From a virus (Duplodnaviria; Caudoviricetes), in IMG/VR virus record IMGVR_UViG_3300025128_000041, positions 1 to 57,252 of that record: DNA of 57,252 nt, one strand, 5' to 3'. The notes under the pieces are model-generated. The model made no database searches. It was not told the DNA's origin and saw only the letters and a program-made list of their open reading frames with translations. How positions within the stretch are numbered: the first letter of the stretch is position 1; every line of letters begins with the position of its first letter. The position numbers were made by a program, and so were the translations under genes. Shown here one piece after another: positions 38,001 to 46,146 of the stretch.

Positions 38001-38842
38001 GGGCCAATAAGTTCTAATGCACCTATCGGTATGCCCCACATTATAGCTTGATTTCTTTGACCTATTGTGTAATCACCGCCAGCATCTTTATATGCTTTCA
38101 TCATCTGGCTTGCCTGACCTGACCCGGAACCAACAGCAGCAGCTCCTTGTAAGCCTCTAAATCCTATAGCCAAACCTTTAGCTCTTTTAGCTGCATTTGC
38201 ATATTGAGCGCCTTGAGTCATTAAACTAGCAGCTTTCCCGGCTTGACCAATAGCTCCAATAGCGGGAGCCATAATTGTTAGCATACTACCAACAGCTTCG
38301 CCTAACTTACCTACAACTGTTCGTTCATTACCTACCCATTCACGAGCTTCATTTAGATTCTTAAATGTTTCTGATGTTTCAGGATCTATAAGATCTTCAT
38401 ACCCAGCAACATTTGCTGCTACATCGGCTATAGAAAATAAACCCTCACCTATAGAAATAGCTGACTGTGCGCCGCCGCGACCAATACCTCTCGTAAATGC
38501 CCAAAATGGATTATCTGATTCATCTAACTCCTCAACGGTAGTAGCAGGATCTGCTATAACACCTGATGGAGCGCCGGAAAATAAATCCATTGCTGTTAAA
38601 TCTTCTCTCGGTGTTAACTGAGGAGGAGAAGGCATAGCTTGTGGGTAGAGTATTGGGTCTGGTTGCGGCTGTGGTTGCGGCATACCTGTGTAACTACCAA
38701 GTATGCTTCCGGGTTCTATCTCAGGAACCTCATAAAATTGAGGAGTTGCCTGTCTAGGGGTTATATAATTTACACCCCTAGATAAAGGCTGGCCTTGAAG
38801 CCTACTAATTAATGCCTCTAGCCTTTCTTCTTGTGTCGCCAT
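29036..38842 (-). CDS. Giant internal virion/ejection protein, polyvalent-like (3268 aa)
   Basis: Last gene of the ejection cluster; HEATH zincin motif, HIR...EEIQSD motif, helical C-terminal region with PFITFQYK. Confidence 0.75.
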   Translation of the reverse strand: MATQEERLEALISRLQGQPLSRGVNYITPRQATPQFYEVPEIEPGSILGSYTGMPQPQPQPDPILYPQAMPSPPQLTPREDLTAMDLFSGAPSGVIADPATTVEELDESDNPFWAFTRGIGRGGAQSAISIGEGLFSIADVAANVAGYEDLIDPETSETFKNLNEAREWVGNERTVVGKLGEAVGSMLTIMAPAIGAIGQAGKAASLMTQGAQYANAAKRAKGLAIGFRGLQGAAAVGSGSGQASQMMKAYKDAGGDYTIGQRNQAIMWGIPIGALELIGPEMILRGFGKELANPIKNEILRRVTGLGANATGEGAQEALSGVLQELAAKYNYDPERPIGDSMLSDFGYGAGAAAILDLVIGKRTPSKPSRSDKDVQKEYSEADPIEVVDTTLLEEKILSGDIVPAYDANGEQIDVTISRVNEEEGVAEVIDEDGVVLSLPLDSHPNQDGYSFASNQSLSSPGKYKIGGVELGTLEPEQLRQLGHDIVLTDDLKERVANGEISQTEANEQTDLSRLNARELYDLTAIGMELDRRGFEVADVDPRAEDELRSADKQSKIDSGQYADDINDNLAEIGGDKLTETYFDPKAPTKDAVDEVGQARKDQALKDIQESTNLQELFKRFNLTAGEKLTAISKAIGVERVDELRKAKGKKKVKADDLIEGLTPEENIAVIEQARSIKLNRKLDKEEQEKVSQRADELDSKTEEETKRQPVYQLLKPEKIQDAIPEQNIEARYRVVVVDKSRPDKNNEFGYKTMAGATLYATDADSAINDYAKEFGFIVPNDYYVSGRKPNVVPIGESVVEEVVEEEAAPTEFYSQDVENSKPRYRDETPEFESLSDKALYIVRDGVNKSKKDASIIEELKAAFPGVSEAELRSRGSKVAEEVKKRGEAARKRNEEVFTVPTVVPQETQPVVEEVTEDLVEEVVEDEAPQTLTLMKPKYNKRSKKYDIQILDQDGKVVDERSASKLDVNTALDNIGQEFSGIEIPVKFYNKESRNENEPTTDELGAVRESIEELLPQGIGKSAIANIYKVAADQYRTLKADNPSIDVFTAIEEISGSDEIQNLIFDADPDFMRIQGAAVEEAVPVVGVEGTEVGGQPVILRSTKPIRMDMNQQTRVSRIVKSIAPEANLVIADQIFSRPLSMPDALTMVEHNGQVIPKEEALGLQIGNVVAVSAQDGFLDPENRAYHEATHFLMRNRYLNDKEMDSLRANIPRLQSIVRKHLGDRKYANAIEIIPPDKQIDELVAYASALYNRGLDVTGKIPGEFTPPLRRIFNKIINLFKQLKSAFDGEVIMELEEVFESIRQGRAGARAPRRMSDKKGMSGTTPLAMVKQGDATARIAQSDFVRPMMYSVLKDKINKAGGSKPANDWIRRNEDGSLEGFLTKDVKLAEIEDSGIVQFLEDQKLKGGENVKVSASQLIEEIEENEVLIEVNIYGTPLDSMSDPTNENKVALAFLDDREAEIKKNMGRLLMNPAISSAFVGNTIRYVYDAQTKGSKNKDVKSMFSPELAKLLDESQAVDFQLFEELFDGKITVPEYKELANQYYAPIKRQLRKDLASPANELTSGNIAEMWLSYPSANSLMSAFKNPSNYNDGIGKHEASIPSLDMPMHYLNILEKAKDDYNLNLARPRRTKHMQKQLAKAKDLASPQAATVALRRMKLGFGMTDRHMRMPDVGDTEMSIEPGSGMEMGPDYGGTYLPYTSTGARNLALSDALENPENRRSALHNYLEDNSLNYREVIISAPLASSTKVDQEQHTKWKQGAGGLTATGQYVHAHFRDTVNPIMHIRLSDVYVTDENGDQKKILIVEEIQSDLHQEAQSIMKRMAAFDLFKEGRISEPDFDKLSRDEKNLVKQNAPSYKDQVYGPILPNMPLKNEDQRMAFAMNGITRMAINGGYSHIAVSNSELQLERYRGNFKNHIDGIAVAETVILDDGNSSMPHKVSSAFDASGNPVMRFSFDTGDLESIYGISKLEASNLIKDGDKGLYYADIPTSYIQQKVEANIDLLMKDAPEIDEQGFVYEAEELGPLEPEYIDQLLKQYPDKEQAKKDTLLILAKTFEDLPNKTSIDIDSIKIVEGYDAENRTLENIDPRIIPRLSMQESLAELYPELVNAYRVSYTVPVFDMATGAQESIHRGTYLFGKYKPLDLADNSAGGMLDDFLGTGLFKLVEDEMASFPGREIAIDNVMDFINSKTDELMSLREGINSGQEDSEDAVNRSRILDDADIAKAISDAKRRADGAVDYPVGSGFTNIYDRMMPKALAKALGSTIKKKESKVRNDNQGSILYIGDADADQQAIITNIKELEWEGERLIPAERETRKELASKEMLVEDIATRANPDVDPDEVFGLDQQILDLAEDKRDQYLIRKSAITNSLPLFEVTDEMRDEGASWRSEPYAIYQMAKQDDRNTATNAGVASRNEMSKTGRQSITEFIDSIPFFNTLKDLPQKREYYLKRGEFRGLIAQAENAAKYLRDEIGNKYLAKGVGAQARESNALIRNAIYTYMTTGDSIGEQTAFDALNALDPRAAKASAKAKDVIENVGAELVAKGLMSPQTYMENQRSYLPRLYLKHIIEDPSGKALEYLKERSKNLPEASRELLGEIAEQDPAFLASRAMQRSIRDLELINFLNAVSENENWTSPDDMFLVSYEDVNGKTKQVSAFWLSNEADTLRKIAEAEKGLSPEKSERLNAEADRMEAAATAKYKEYADANDGIDVTKLEDEQLKTAGTKYFRGFKRVPAGRKFGMLAGRLVRDEIYEDVVASSAIANVGDTTVVQMDSLFKKSVAVWKTIKVPLNPPTIARNTFSNMILMHLSGIPFYKVLPRMVEAIGEIRAYNNRDYDNARHYMALVERGVTQSSFADQELVKMSDDIMDFLGGVDAKDLGLYGWLKLKAWGKLATKASNMYQNIEVMGKTAIAIDVMEREGLSADDAFLRAQEYLFDYSDVPGWVRKTRTSPFGIPFITFQYKVLPVLMKTAINNPLKFAPYVALSYAMPHLMMSAFDIDDDEYEAIKASVPDYLRGNPGLMPLPYRDDKGRLKFLDTSFLYPWGAFTGIGSKMIDAGKAVAGKRDYTQGGFELSDVTSTFGMFGGPAWSLVSGVLYNKDPFTEQPIVNAHDPWWIANAEERPFYNRGKLTDAFYWAANQYILPGFLNTDYGAVKKLFDATSGTRKPTGLEPDSVNQALLRMIGLNVINIDPEQIRVSLYYIDRERSKVTSNIKRIARDQSITPAERRRRMQNYQQTLSEYDEMQRALTNAGAITRGVIRRIDDKERFSD

Positions 38843-41025
38843 TAAAGACTTAACGCTTCAGTAAATGTTTCTGGATCTAAGTAAGGATACCGTTTAATAA
38901 GCTGCTTAAGAGCTAAATTTGGATTTTGAGAGTTAGCAATTTCGGCAAGCTCTGGGCCAAACTTTCTCATTAATTGCCTAGAGCCAATCATTTCTTTTGG
39001 CTCATCTCTATACTGTTGATCTAAAACTCTAAATGCTTCAGCAGATCTTTGCATATCATCTAATATCGGATTAGCTTGTGTTCTTAATTGCTTGTCAACC
39101 TTGCTTAAATCTTTAACTAAGTCTTTTAATCCTTGGTTAATAGCCATTTGTGCGCCGGGAACATATAGCTCTGCATATCCCGTTTCAAGAGCAAGTGAAA
39201 GTTTTGCTTGTTTAGGTAAAATTTCCATTGACTTAGACATATCGTCATAATCATTTACTGTTTTACTCCAATCCTTAATAGCATCTCTTCTGTCATCTCT
39301 AGCTTGATTGATTTGCTCGGCATTAAGTTTTTGGGTTTCTTGCGCATCCTTGCCAAGCTTATGCAGCATATCAATTTTCTTCCAACGCTCTGTATCCATC
39401 TTGTTTGCGTAATTTAATTTAAGAGTATTCAGATTGTTTTCTGTTGTTTGCAGTAAAGTTTTCTCTCTATAAATCTCATCAGATCTATTCTTATCAAGTT
39501 TAAACTGCGTATTAGCTTTTTGTTGTTCTCTGTTATAAGCATCCATAGCGTGCTTATACATTTCTTTTTGCTCTTGACCTGTCATCTTCTGCATAACACC
39601 TGCCGCACCGCCAAAGCCTTGCGACAACGCTGTAAGAAAATCAGGACTTTTAGAACCTGCTGCATTAAAAAATGCTGCGGCCACGCCATAATTTGTTTGC
39701 TCTTTAAGACGCTTCTTTATATTTTCTCTGCTTGGAAAATCTTTCTCAAGCTCTTTCATTTTATTTAAGTGACCCTGAAGTCTGTCACCAGATGCTTTTT
39801 CTTGCGCTGTTAATTGTTCCAACCTCTTTGTATCTGCGGCTTGTATTTTTCTGCCAATTCCCTTTGTTATAGAAAGAGAATCCAAATCAAAGCCCGGAGT
39901 TGTCGGCTGTTCAGTAAGCGCGTCCGTTAATGGTTTAGATTCGTCTTGAAAAAGAACTGGGAAAACTTCGGATCGTGCTAACTCAGTAACAGTAGGCGTA
40001 CTTACAACACCAGATGGCGGCTTCCCAGCTTGCGCATTTGCTTGATTAATTTTAGCGTTTGTCTGCTGCATCTGTCTTTCAATTAAATCTGTATACCTTG
40101 TATTACTGGGTATAACACCACTAGAAACATCCATGCCTTGAGGTATAAATGCTGTTGCTGTTTGTCCGGGCGGCGCATTAGGATCTAATAAATCTTTTCT
40201 AATAGTTCCTTTTTGAAGCTGAGAACCGCTAAATAATTTAGACGCAGCCTGTTGTCTTGCAGCTTCTACTGCGGCATCAGCGGCATCTTGAGCTGTACCT
40301 TTTCTTGGGGGAGGACTAATAAACCCTTTTGCTCCACGCCCACTTAACAGTGGTTGTTGAGGTTGATTAAACTGTTGATATGCTAGTTGTGCTTCCCTAG
40401 AAAATGGCTTTTGCATAATGTCTTCATACTCTTTGCCAAGAAGCTGTAACTGATCTACTTGCATCGGCATTTGATCAACATACATATCTTGCTGTACATC
40501 AACTAACTCATATGGATTGTATCCATAATACTGCGTAAGCGCGTCTGCATAGCCTTGAGGAACGCCATAAGGCCCACCAACCGTCCCAGAACTACTGGCA
40601 AACTTTCTAACTAATCCACCAAACCTAGCTTGAGCTATACCCATATTTGCGCCAGCAAACTCTGGAGGCATACTTGCATCTTGATTAAGCATTGCCATAG
40701 CTGGATCGCCTTGATACATATCAGGCTGCATACCCACAGGAGGTAATGGCTGCTGCGCCACTTGTTGTGACATCTGTTGTGGCATCTGTTGTGGCATTTG
40801 TTGTTGTTGCGGAGCAGCTCTCTGTAGCAATTGATCTATTACAGGAGGTTGTTCCTGCATATTTTGTTGCTGTGCATCCTGACGTATATCTTCTCTTGCC
40901 TTCATCTCAGTAGCTGCAAGAAGGCTCTCTATTCCACCTCCTCCTTGACCAACAACTTGTGCAAGCATATCGTCAGACATACCCTCAGTACGCTCTGCAA
41001 TCTTTAACAACTGTTCCATTGCCAT
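38842..41025 (-). CDS. Internal virion/ejection protein
   Basis: Gln/Met-rich low complexity plus coiled coil; position in the ejection cluster. Confidence 0.6.
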   Translation of the reverse strand: MAMEQLLKIAERTEGMSDDMLAQVVGQGGGGIESLLAATEMKAREDIRQDAQQQNMQEQPPVIDQLLQRAAPQQQQMPQQMPQQMSQQVAQQPLPPVGMQPDMYQGDPAMAMLNQDASMPPEFAGANMGIAQARFGGLVRKFASSSGTVGGPYGVPQGYADALTQYYGYNPYELVDVQQDMYVDQMPMQVDQLQLLGKEYEDIMQKPFSREAQLAYQQFNQPQQPLLSGRGAKGFISPPPRKGTAQDAADAAVEAARQQAASKLFSGSQLQKGTIRKDLLDPNAPPGQTATAFIPQGMDVSSGVIPSNTRYTDLIERQMQQTNAKINQANAQAGKPPSGVVSTPTVTELARSEVFPVLFQDESKPLTDALTEQPTTPGFDLDSLSITKGIGRKIQAADTKRLEQLTAQEKASGDRLQGHLNKMKELEKDFPSRENIKKRLKEQTNYGVAAAFFNAAGSKSPDFLTALSQGFGGAAGVMQKMTGQEQKEMYKHAMDAYNREQQKANTQFKLDKNRSDEIYREKTLLQTTENNLNTLKLNYANKMDTERWKKIDMLHKLGKDAQETQKLNAEQINQARDDRRDAIKDWSKTVNDYDDMSKSMEILPKQAKLSLALETGYAELYVPGAQMAINQGLKDLVKDLSKVDKQLRTQANPILDDMQRSAEAFRVLDQQYRDEPKEMIGSRQLMRKFGPELAEIANSQNPNLALKQLIKRYPYLDPETFTEALSL

Positions 41026-41039
41026 TGTTTAAACGCTCC

Positions 41040-42674
41040 TTATCCCTGCCTACCGCGACCAAGCGCTAATGCGCCTAATCCAAGATTAGCCATCTGCCCT
41101 AATCTACTTGGGGCTGGTGATGTCACTGTTTGTCTTGCGTCTGCCGGTATTGGATTTATGTTTTGCTTCATAAGGTTAGAGTAGTAAGCCAACATTTCCT
41201 TCGGATAATCACGCTGCCTTATAAAGTCTTGATACGCCATGTCTAAGCCACGTTGCGTTAATGCTCTCATGTCTTGACCAGATTGTGCTAACGCGCCCAT
41301 TCTCTGTAGATCCATAGCTTGCTCAGTCTTATCAAGATCAACCCCATATTTCGAAGCAGCATCTCTTCTAGCAAGAGCAGCGGCATAGGCTCTTTGGTTA
41401 GCCATTGAGGTTCTAATATCCTGATCTCCTCTGGCTCTAGCAGCCTGATCTGACGCTATAGCAGCTCTTAATCCTTGTTCGCCACTAGCTCTCATCGCCG
41501 CATCTTCCATCTGCTGACTTCTTAATGTTTGCTCACCAGCAGCTCGCCTTGAAAGATCTTGATATTGCTGGGCTGTCAATCCTAATTTAGCTGCCTGTTG
41601 AGCCGATTGATCTGCATATTGTTGTGCTGACAAATCCATTTGCCCAGCCGCTCTAGCCGCTGCATCACTAGCAATTTGAGCCTGAATATCTTGCGCCCCC
41701 GCAGCTTGACCAAACCGAGCTGTTGCTTCTTGAGCGCGTGTAGCCATTTGCGCCCTAGCCCTTTCAGCAGCATCCCTTGCAGTGTCTGCTCCAAACGCCA
41801 TTTGTGCGCGAGTTCTTTCCGCCTGATCACGTAACTGCTGGACACGAAGATCGCGATCTATATCTCTTGATGATGCTGACAATGCTTGTTGATATGCTTG
41901 ATCTAATGCAGATGCCTCTATATCTGCTGTGCCTTCATCAAACGCCGTTTGCGCCGTTTGTTGTTGTAATAACCCTCTTCCCCCAAATGCAGAAGCTCCA
42001 CCTGCCGCGGTATCTTGTGCTTGCTGTTGCGCTCTTCTTTCTTGAAATCCTTTTTGCCTTCTTGCTAATTGCCTATCAAGAACCCGCTCTGTGTACGGGT
42101 TCATGTAGTCATCTATGTTTGTTATAGAGCGTTCAGCTTCAAATTGCCCGGGTGCATATGTAGATTGTATTTCTCCGGGCTGGTAATCAGACCCTATATT
42201 TGCCCCTTGAAATGATGAGGTTATTTGTCCGGGCTGATAGCTAGATGTAAAATCCCTAGCTCCGTATCCAGAAGAAAAATCTGCTCCGCCATATCCAGAA
42301 CCAAAAGATCCAGCCGTAGGAGAATACGCAGAAGTTATTGTTCCCGGCGCATAATTACTGCCTACACCAAGATAGTCAGTACCTGCTACTGGTGATCCTG
42401 TTTGCCCAGCTAGGTTACCAAAATATGTTTTAGCTCCAGTTACTCCCGGTAAATTTCTTTGAGCAATTGCTTGAACGCCAGTAAATGCCGCTTGCTCTTG
42501 AGGATTAAATCCAGCTAATCGTTGACCGCCATATGGTATGTAATCTTCTTGTAGCAAAGCATCTGCTAATTGCATTTGCTTTCTTAAATAAGGTCTAAAC
42601 TCTTCAGGTATATTGTGCTGTACTACTTCACTGGTTTGGTCTACCTTTTGTGTGCCGCCACTTTTACGACCCAT
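41040..42674 (-). CDS. DNA transfer/pilot-like internal virion protein
   Basis: MGRKSGG..QT N-terminus, PYGGQRLAGF, YMNPYTERV, Ala/Gln helical repeats; GGAGG SD before ATG 42674. Confidence 0.65.
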   Translation of the reverse strand: MGRKSGGTQKVDQTSEVVQHNIPEEFRPYLRKQMQLADALLQEDYIPYGGQRLAGFNPQEQAAFTGVQAIAQRNLPGVTGAKTYFGNLAGQTGSPVAGTDYLGVGSNYAPGTITSAYSPTAGSFGSGYGGADFSSGYGARDFTSSYQPGQITSSFQGANIGSDYQPGEIQSTYAPGQFEAERSITNIDDYMNPYTERVLDRQLARRQKGFQERRAQQQAQDTAAGGASAFGGRGLLQQQTAQTAFDEGTADIEASALDQAYQQALSASSRDIDRDLRVQQLRDQAERTRAQMAFGADTARDAAERARAQMATRAQEATARFGQAAGAQDIQAQIASDAAARAAGQMDLSAQQYADQSAQQAAKLGLTAQQYQDLSRRAAGEQTLRSQQMEDAAMRASGEQGLRAAIASDQAARARGDQDIRTSMANQRAYAAALARRDAASKYGVDLDKTEQAMDLQRMGALAQSGQDMRALTQRGLDMAYQDFIRQRDYPKEMLAYYSNLMKQNINPIPADARQTVTSPAPSRLGQMANLGLGALALGRGRQG

Positions 42675-43170
42675 TCGCAACCTCCTTTAACATATCACCT
42701 GAATCAAATTCAAAAAGGTCTACAGCTTCTTCATCTTCCTCTTGATCCTGATAGCCTATCTCTCTTGTCATTGTTACAAATTCTTTTTTAAAGCCTCTTT
42801 TTTTCCACGTTTTTTCAAACGCTACCGCTGTGTTTGTTTCCAAACCATCAACGTTTAGCTCTCTGCCAAAATCTTCTAATGCTTCTAATGCTTGATCGCC
42901 CCACTCATTAACCCTTAAGCCGCTTAATGTATTTAGGTCTAAGTAAGTCTTGCGTGGGTAATAAGAAACAGAACATATAAAAAATGCAATAATGTTTTCA
43001 TCTTCTTTTACAACCCAAAGAAAACACGGTTGCTCTACAATCTGATCAAATATATCTGCTGTTACATATCTTCCATAGCTTCGCTTTTGAAGATTATCAG
43101 CATGATGTTTTATATCAGGCCAGACAGACAACACATCTTCTTTCTTTACCATTTCAATAACAAACGACAT
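42664..43170 (-). CDS. GNAT-like protein in the ejection cluster
   Basis: YYPRKTYLDL..LSG..EW..LEDFGRELNVDGLE..WKKRGFK pattern. Confidence 0.5.
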   Translation of the reverse strand: MSFVIEMVKKEDVLSVWPDIKHHADNLQKRSYGRYVTADIFDQIVEQPCFLWVVKEDENIIAFFICSVSYYPRKTYLDLNTLSGLRVNEWGDQALEALEDFGRELNVDGLETNTAVAFEKTWKKRGFKKEFVTMTREIGYQDQEEDEEAVDLFEFDSGDMLKEVANGS

Positions 43171-43538
43171 TAGATTTGTAAATCCAACATTATGTCTTCT
43201 GGTGTTTCTTGTAGCTCTTCGGGCTGAAGCTCTGTATTTGTTTTCATCATTCTAATATTGGCAATCATCTCATCTAATAATTCACCACCGCGCTCAGAGC
43301 TACCATCACCTATATGTGACACAACATCAGCGGGTACAACGTATTCGTCCCTAGACAATAATATAGGCTCAACACCTTCTATTGTTGCCGGAACAAAATC
43401 ATCCATGCCACCACCAGACCCATCAACCATTCCTTCAAAGTATGGTTCTTGAATAACTAAAGGGCCACCATTATCAAACCCTCTTGGGTAAGGGCTTAAA
43501 GGCATTGGACTGCGTAAGTTGTTTAAACGTCTATTCAT
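43170..43538 (-). CDS. Small protein with tape-measure C-terminal-like (D-x-x-PA..LS-x-x-EYV) domain
   Basis: FDNGG..GSGGGMDDFVPA..LLSRDEYVVPADVV. Confidence 0.7.
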   Translation of the reverse strand: MNRRLNNLRSPMPLSPYPRGFDNGGPLVIQEPYFEGMVDGSGGGMDDFVPATIEGVEPILLSRDEYVVPADVVSHIGDGSSERGGELLDEMIANIRMMKTNTELQPEELQETPEDIMLDLQI

Positions 43539-43539
43539 A

Positions 43540-45606
43540 CTATATCATAAACCTAAAGTCTTGATTCATGCCCATGCCGCCATAGCCAGCGCCCCTTGTA
43601 GGCATTGTTGTAGGTGAATACATTGGTGTTTGGGCAATAGATTCATACGGATTGAGGTTAGCTCCTGATATTGAAGACATATCTAAACCATTTCCTCCAA
43701 CATAACCCGTTTCTGCCATATCAAAACCACCAGCATTAGTAAATGTTCTTGGATCAAATGTCGGCTGTATATTAGCTCCTGATACTGAAGGCATATCGAA
43801 AAGTCTTCCTCCAGCATTTACTGATGGGCCTGTATTAACTGGCTCTACATAGTTAGGGTTTCTTCCTCCTATACCGCCTCTTCGGGGCTTATTAGCAGTG
43901 CCAAATGCCTCTCTTAAAGATTGCATTCCAGTAGCTTGTTTCCCTCTATCATCTACAGTTCCATATGAAACCGGCATAAACGTTTCAGAAGGCATAGCTG
44001 ATTCCATGCCATAATTAAGACCCATTTGATTTTCCATTCCTACAGGCATTGCAAAATCTTCCATGCCAAGATTACGAAACATTTGATTTCCCATTTCTAC
44101 AGGCATTCCATAATCTTCCATGCCGCTCATTTCTGGAGAAGCTGTTGCTGCTGGAACTGCCGAAGCTGCTGGCGTAACAGGGTCAGGAGCAAATCTCCCG
44201 CCAAACGCTGTAAGGGTTGGATCTGGGCCATATGTAGCAGCGCCGCTATAATAATCAGGATAATAGCTTTCAATCATGCCCGGAGCGCCTTCTAATCCAA
44301 TTGAAGCTAAATCCATTCCGGGGCCAAAACCAATACCAGCTCCAATGTTACTAAGGTTCGGCATTGTTCTTGTTGGCTGTGCTGCTATCTGCTGAAATCT
44401 ACTTTGACCCGAATCTACAGCATTTGTTGTAGGTGTTGATAAATTAAAATCTTCCATGTTGACAGGAGCAGGGCCATATATATCTGTTCCGCTAAAGTCA
44501 AAACTAGGGGGAGCCGTTATCTGATCAAACCCTCTAAGGCCAGAAAGATTTATAGGCTTATCAACTGTGCCACCTTCTTCAAATTGCCTTAAATGACCGC
44601 CAGTCTTTGCTACAGGTATAGCTTTGAACGGATTAGCAAAGTAATCGAACTCGCCGCTTGTGCCAGCATCGTAGCCCATACCGGGCATTTGTATTCCTCT
44701 ATCGCTAGGGCGCACTTCTTGATAAAAAGGATCTTCGTCCTCTTCTTCCATATCACCGCCACCATAGTCATACATGGCAACAGCATCGTCTGCAATCATT
44801 CCTTGCATTGCCGGAATAGCAACATCAGTTATGCCCATACTTCCAATAGCATCCCCTATACTAAAATCACTAGCTGGAGGAGTAACGTTAGATACTAAGC
44901 CGGGGCCAGACCACTGCTGCCCACTGATGGGATCGAAATCTCCAATATTTGGTTGCGGAGCTAGATCTGCTGCGAAAGCTTGCCCATCAGCTCCAGCAAG
45001 AGCGCTTCCGGGAACTGGAGGGCCACCCTGTAAAGCAAGCGCGTTTTGAACAGTACCGGCTTCTGGTGTTATTTGTGATCCAGCATCAGCTCCTAGCCCA
45101 GCTCCTTCACCAAGACCGCTCATCATTTTTCCTGCAATGTGTCCTGTAACACCGCCTATAACTCCGGTCTTTAAACCTTCCATAAGATCGCCGGTTTGAA
45201 TAGCAGTAGTTGTTCCTGAAGCAAGAGCGCCAGCCACCGTAGGATTCATTGTGCCAAGAGATAACATTTTACCAAGTGTTGCAAGCTTTCCAGCGCCAGC
45301 AGCTCCTGCTGCTGCTCCTGCCGCCCCACTCGCCGCAGCCGTTCCACCCGCCGCTGCTCCTGCTGCCGCTGATGCCGCTGCTGCTTTAGTTATCATTGAT
45401 GCAATTATTGAAGCCAGCATACCAAACGCTTCTGGTTGTCCGGTTTGTGGATTGCGAGTTAATCCGCCGGGAGCCATCTGGTTCAATACCTGAACCTCGG
45501 TTGGATTCATATGAACCATCATTGAATCGCCATAGCGACCTTGACTGGCTAAACGATTAGCCTGTCTTTCCATAGGCGCTTGTTGCGGCTTAAAAGAACT
45601 GTTCAT
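43540..45606 (-). CDS. Internal virion protein, Gly/Met/Ala-rich
   Basis: N-terminal GRYGDSMMVHMNPTE..NPQTGQPEAF domain followed by low-complexity sequence. Confidence 0.65.
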   Translation of the reverse strand: MNSSFKPQQAPMERQANRLASQGRYGDSMMVHMNPTEVQVLNQMAPGGLTRNPQTGQPEAFGMLASIIASMITKAAAASAAAGAAAGGTAAASGAAGAAAGAAGAGKLATLGKMLSLGTMNPTVAGALASGTTTAIQTGDLMEGLKTGVIGGVTGHIAGKMMSGLGEGAGLGADAGSQITPEAGTVQNALALQGGPPVPGSALAGADGQAFAADLAPQPNIGDFDPISGQQWSGPGLVSNVTPPASDFSIGDAIGSMGITDVAIPAMQGMIADDAVAMYDYGGGDMEEEDEDPFYQEVRPSDRGIQMPGMGYDAGTSGEFDYFANPFKAIPVAKTGGHLRQFEEGGTVDKPINLSGLRGFDQITAPPSFDFSGTDIYGPAPVNMEDFNLSTPTTNAVDSGQSRFQQIAAQPTRTMPNLSNIGAGIGFGPGMDLASIGLEGAPGMIESYYPDYYSGAATYGPDPTLTAFGGRFAPDPVTPAASAVPAATASPEMSGMEDYGMPVEMGNQMFRNLGMEDFAMPVGMENQMGLNYGMESAMPSETFMPVSYGTVDDRGKQATGMQSLREAFGTANKPRRGGIGGRNPNYVEPVNTGPSVNAGGRLFDMPSVSGANIQPTFDPRTFTNAGGFDMAETGYVGGNGLDMSSISGANLNPYESIAQTPMYSPTTMPTRGAGYGGMGMNQDFRFMI

Positions 45607-45640
45607 ACAACCTCCATAATATGCAAGCGTTTAAACACTT

Positions 45641-45976
45641 TTATAATACCTCAAGTATTGAGACAAATATATCAAAGTAGTTAGAAGCTCCTGCTGTCAT
45701 TCTTAATTTATCTTTTGATTCCAAAACTATTACTTCGCCGTTCTCTAAATACGCTTGTCGTGTCTCAGCGCCAATAGAGGCGGTCTTTTCAAACTCTGTT
45801 GTAGCATCTGCGCTGCTATCATAAATATGTACAATCAAAGATGAAGCTGTACTCGCGTTAGTATTGTACGCGCTAATCGTTTTAAGTATTGCAGTCTTTC
45901 CTTGAGGCACCTCATATATATCTGCAATAGACGTTCCATCTAATGTTTTGATCGCATTTATATATGTGCTAGGCAT
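45641..45976 (-). CDS. Small tail/virion protein
   Basis: IYEVP..TAILKTI..IVLESKDKLR beta-rich pattern; start reassigned by TAATG coupling. Confidence 0.65.
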   Translation of the reverse strand: MPSTYINAIKTLDGTSIADIYEVPQGKTAILKTISAYNTNASTASSLIVHIYDSSADATTEFEKTASIGAETRQAYLENGEVIVLESKDKLRMTAGASNYFDIFVSILEVL

Positions 45977-46146
45977 TACGACATAAACCACGCATTTGCA
46001 GCAGAATCAGATTCAACCTCTGTTGGCGATGGTATTAGCTCAAATATTAATCTCAATTGATTAATAAGCCTTTGCATATACTGCTCGTCATACTCAGCGG
46101 TAGGAAACTCAAGCGGTAATCTAAACTCTGCGCCTTCGCTACTCAT
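45976..46146 (-). CDS. 56-aa conserved protein (absent from the ORF track)
   Basis: Hand translation MSSEGAEFRLPLEFPTAEYDEQYMQRLINQLRLIF...AWFMS; coupled to both neighbours. Confidence 0.7.
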   Translation of the reverse strand: MSSEGAEFRLPLEFPTAEYDEQYMQRLINQLRLIFELIPSPTEVESDSAANAWFMS

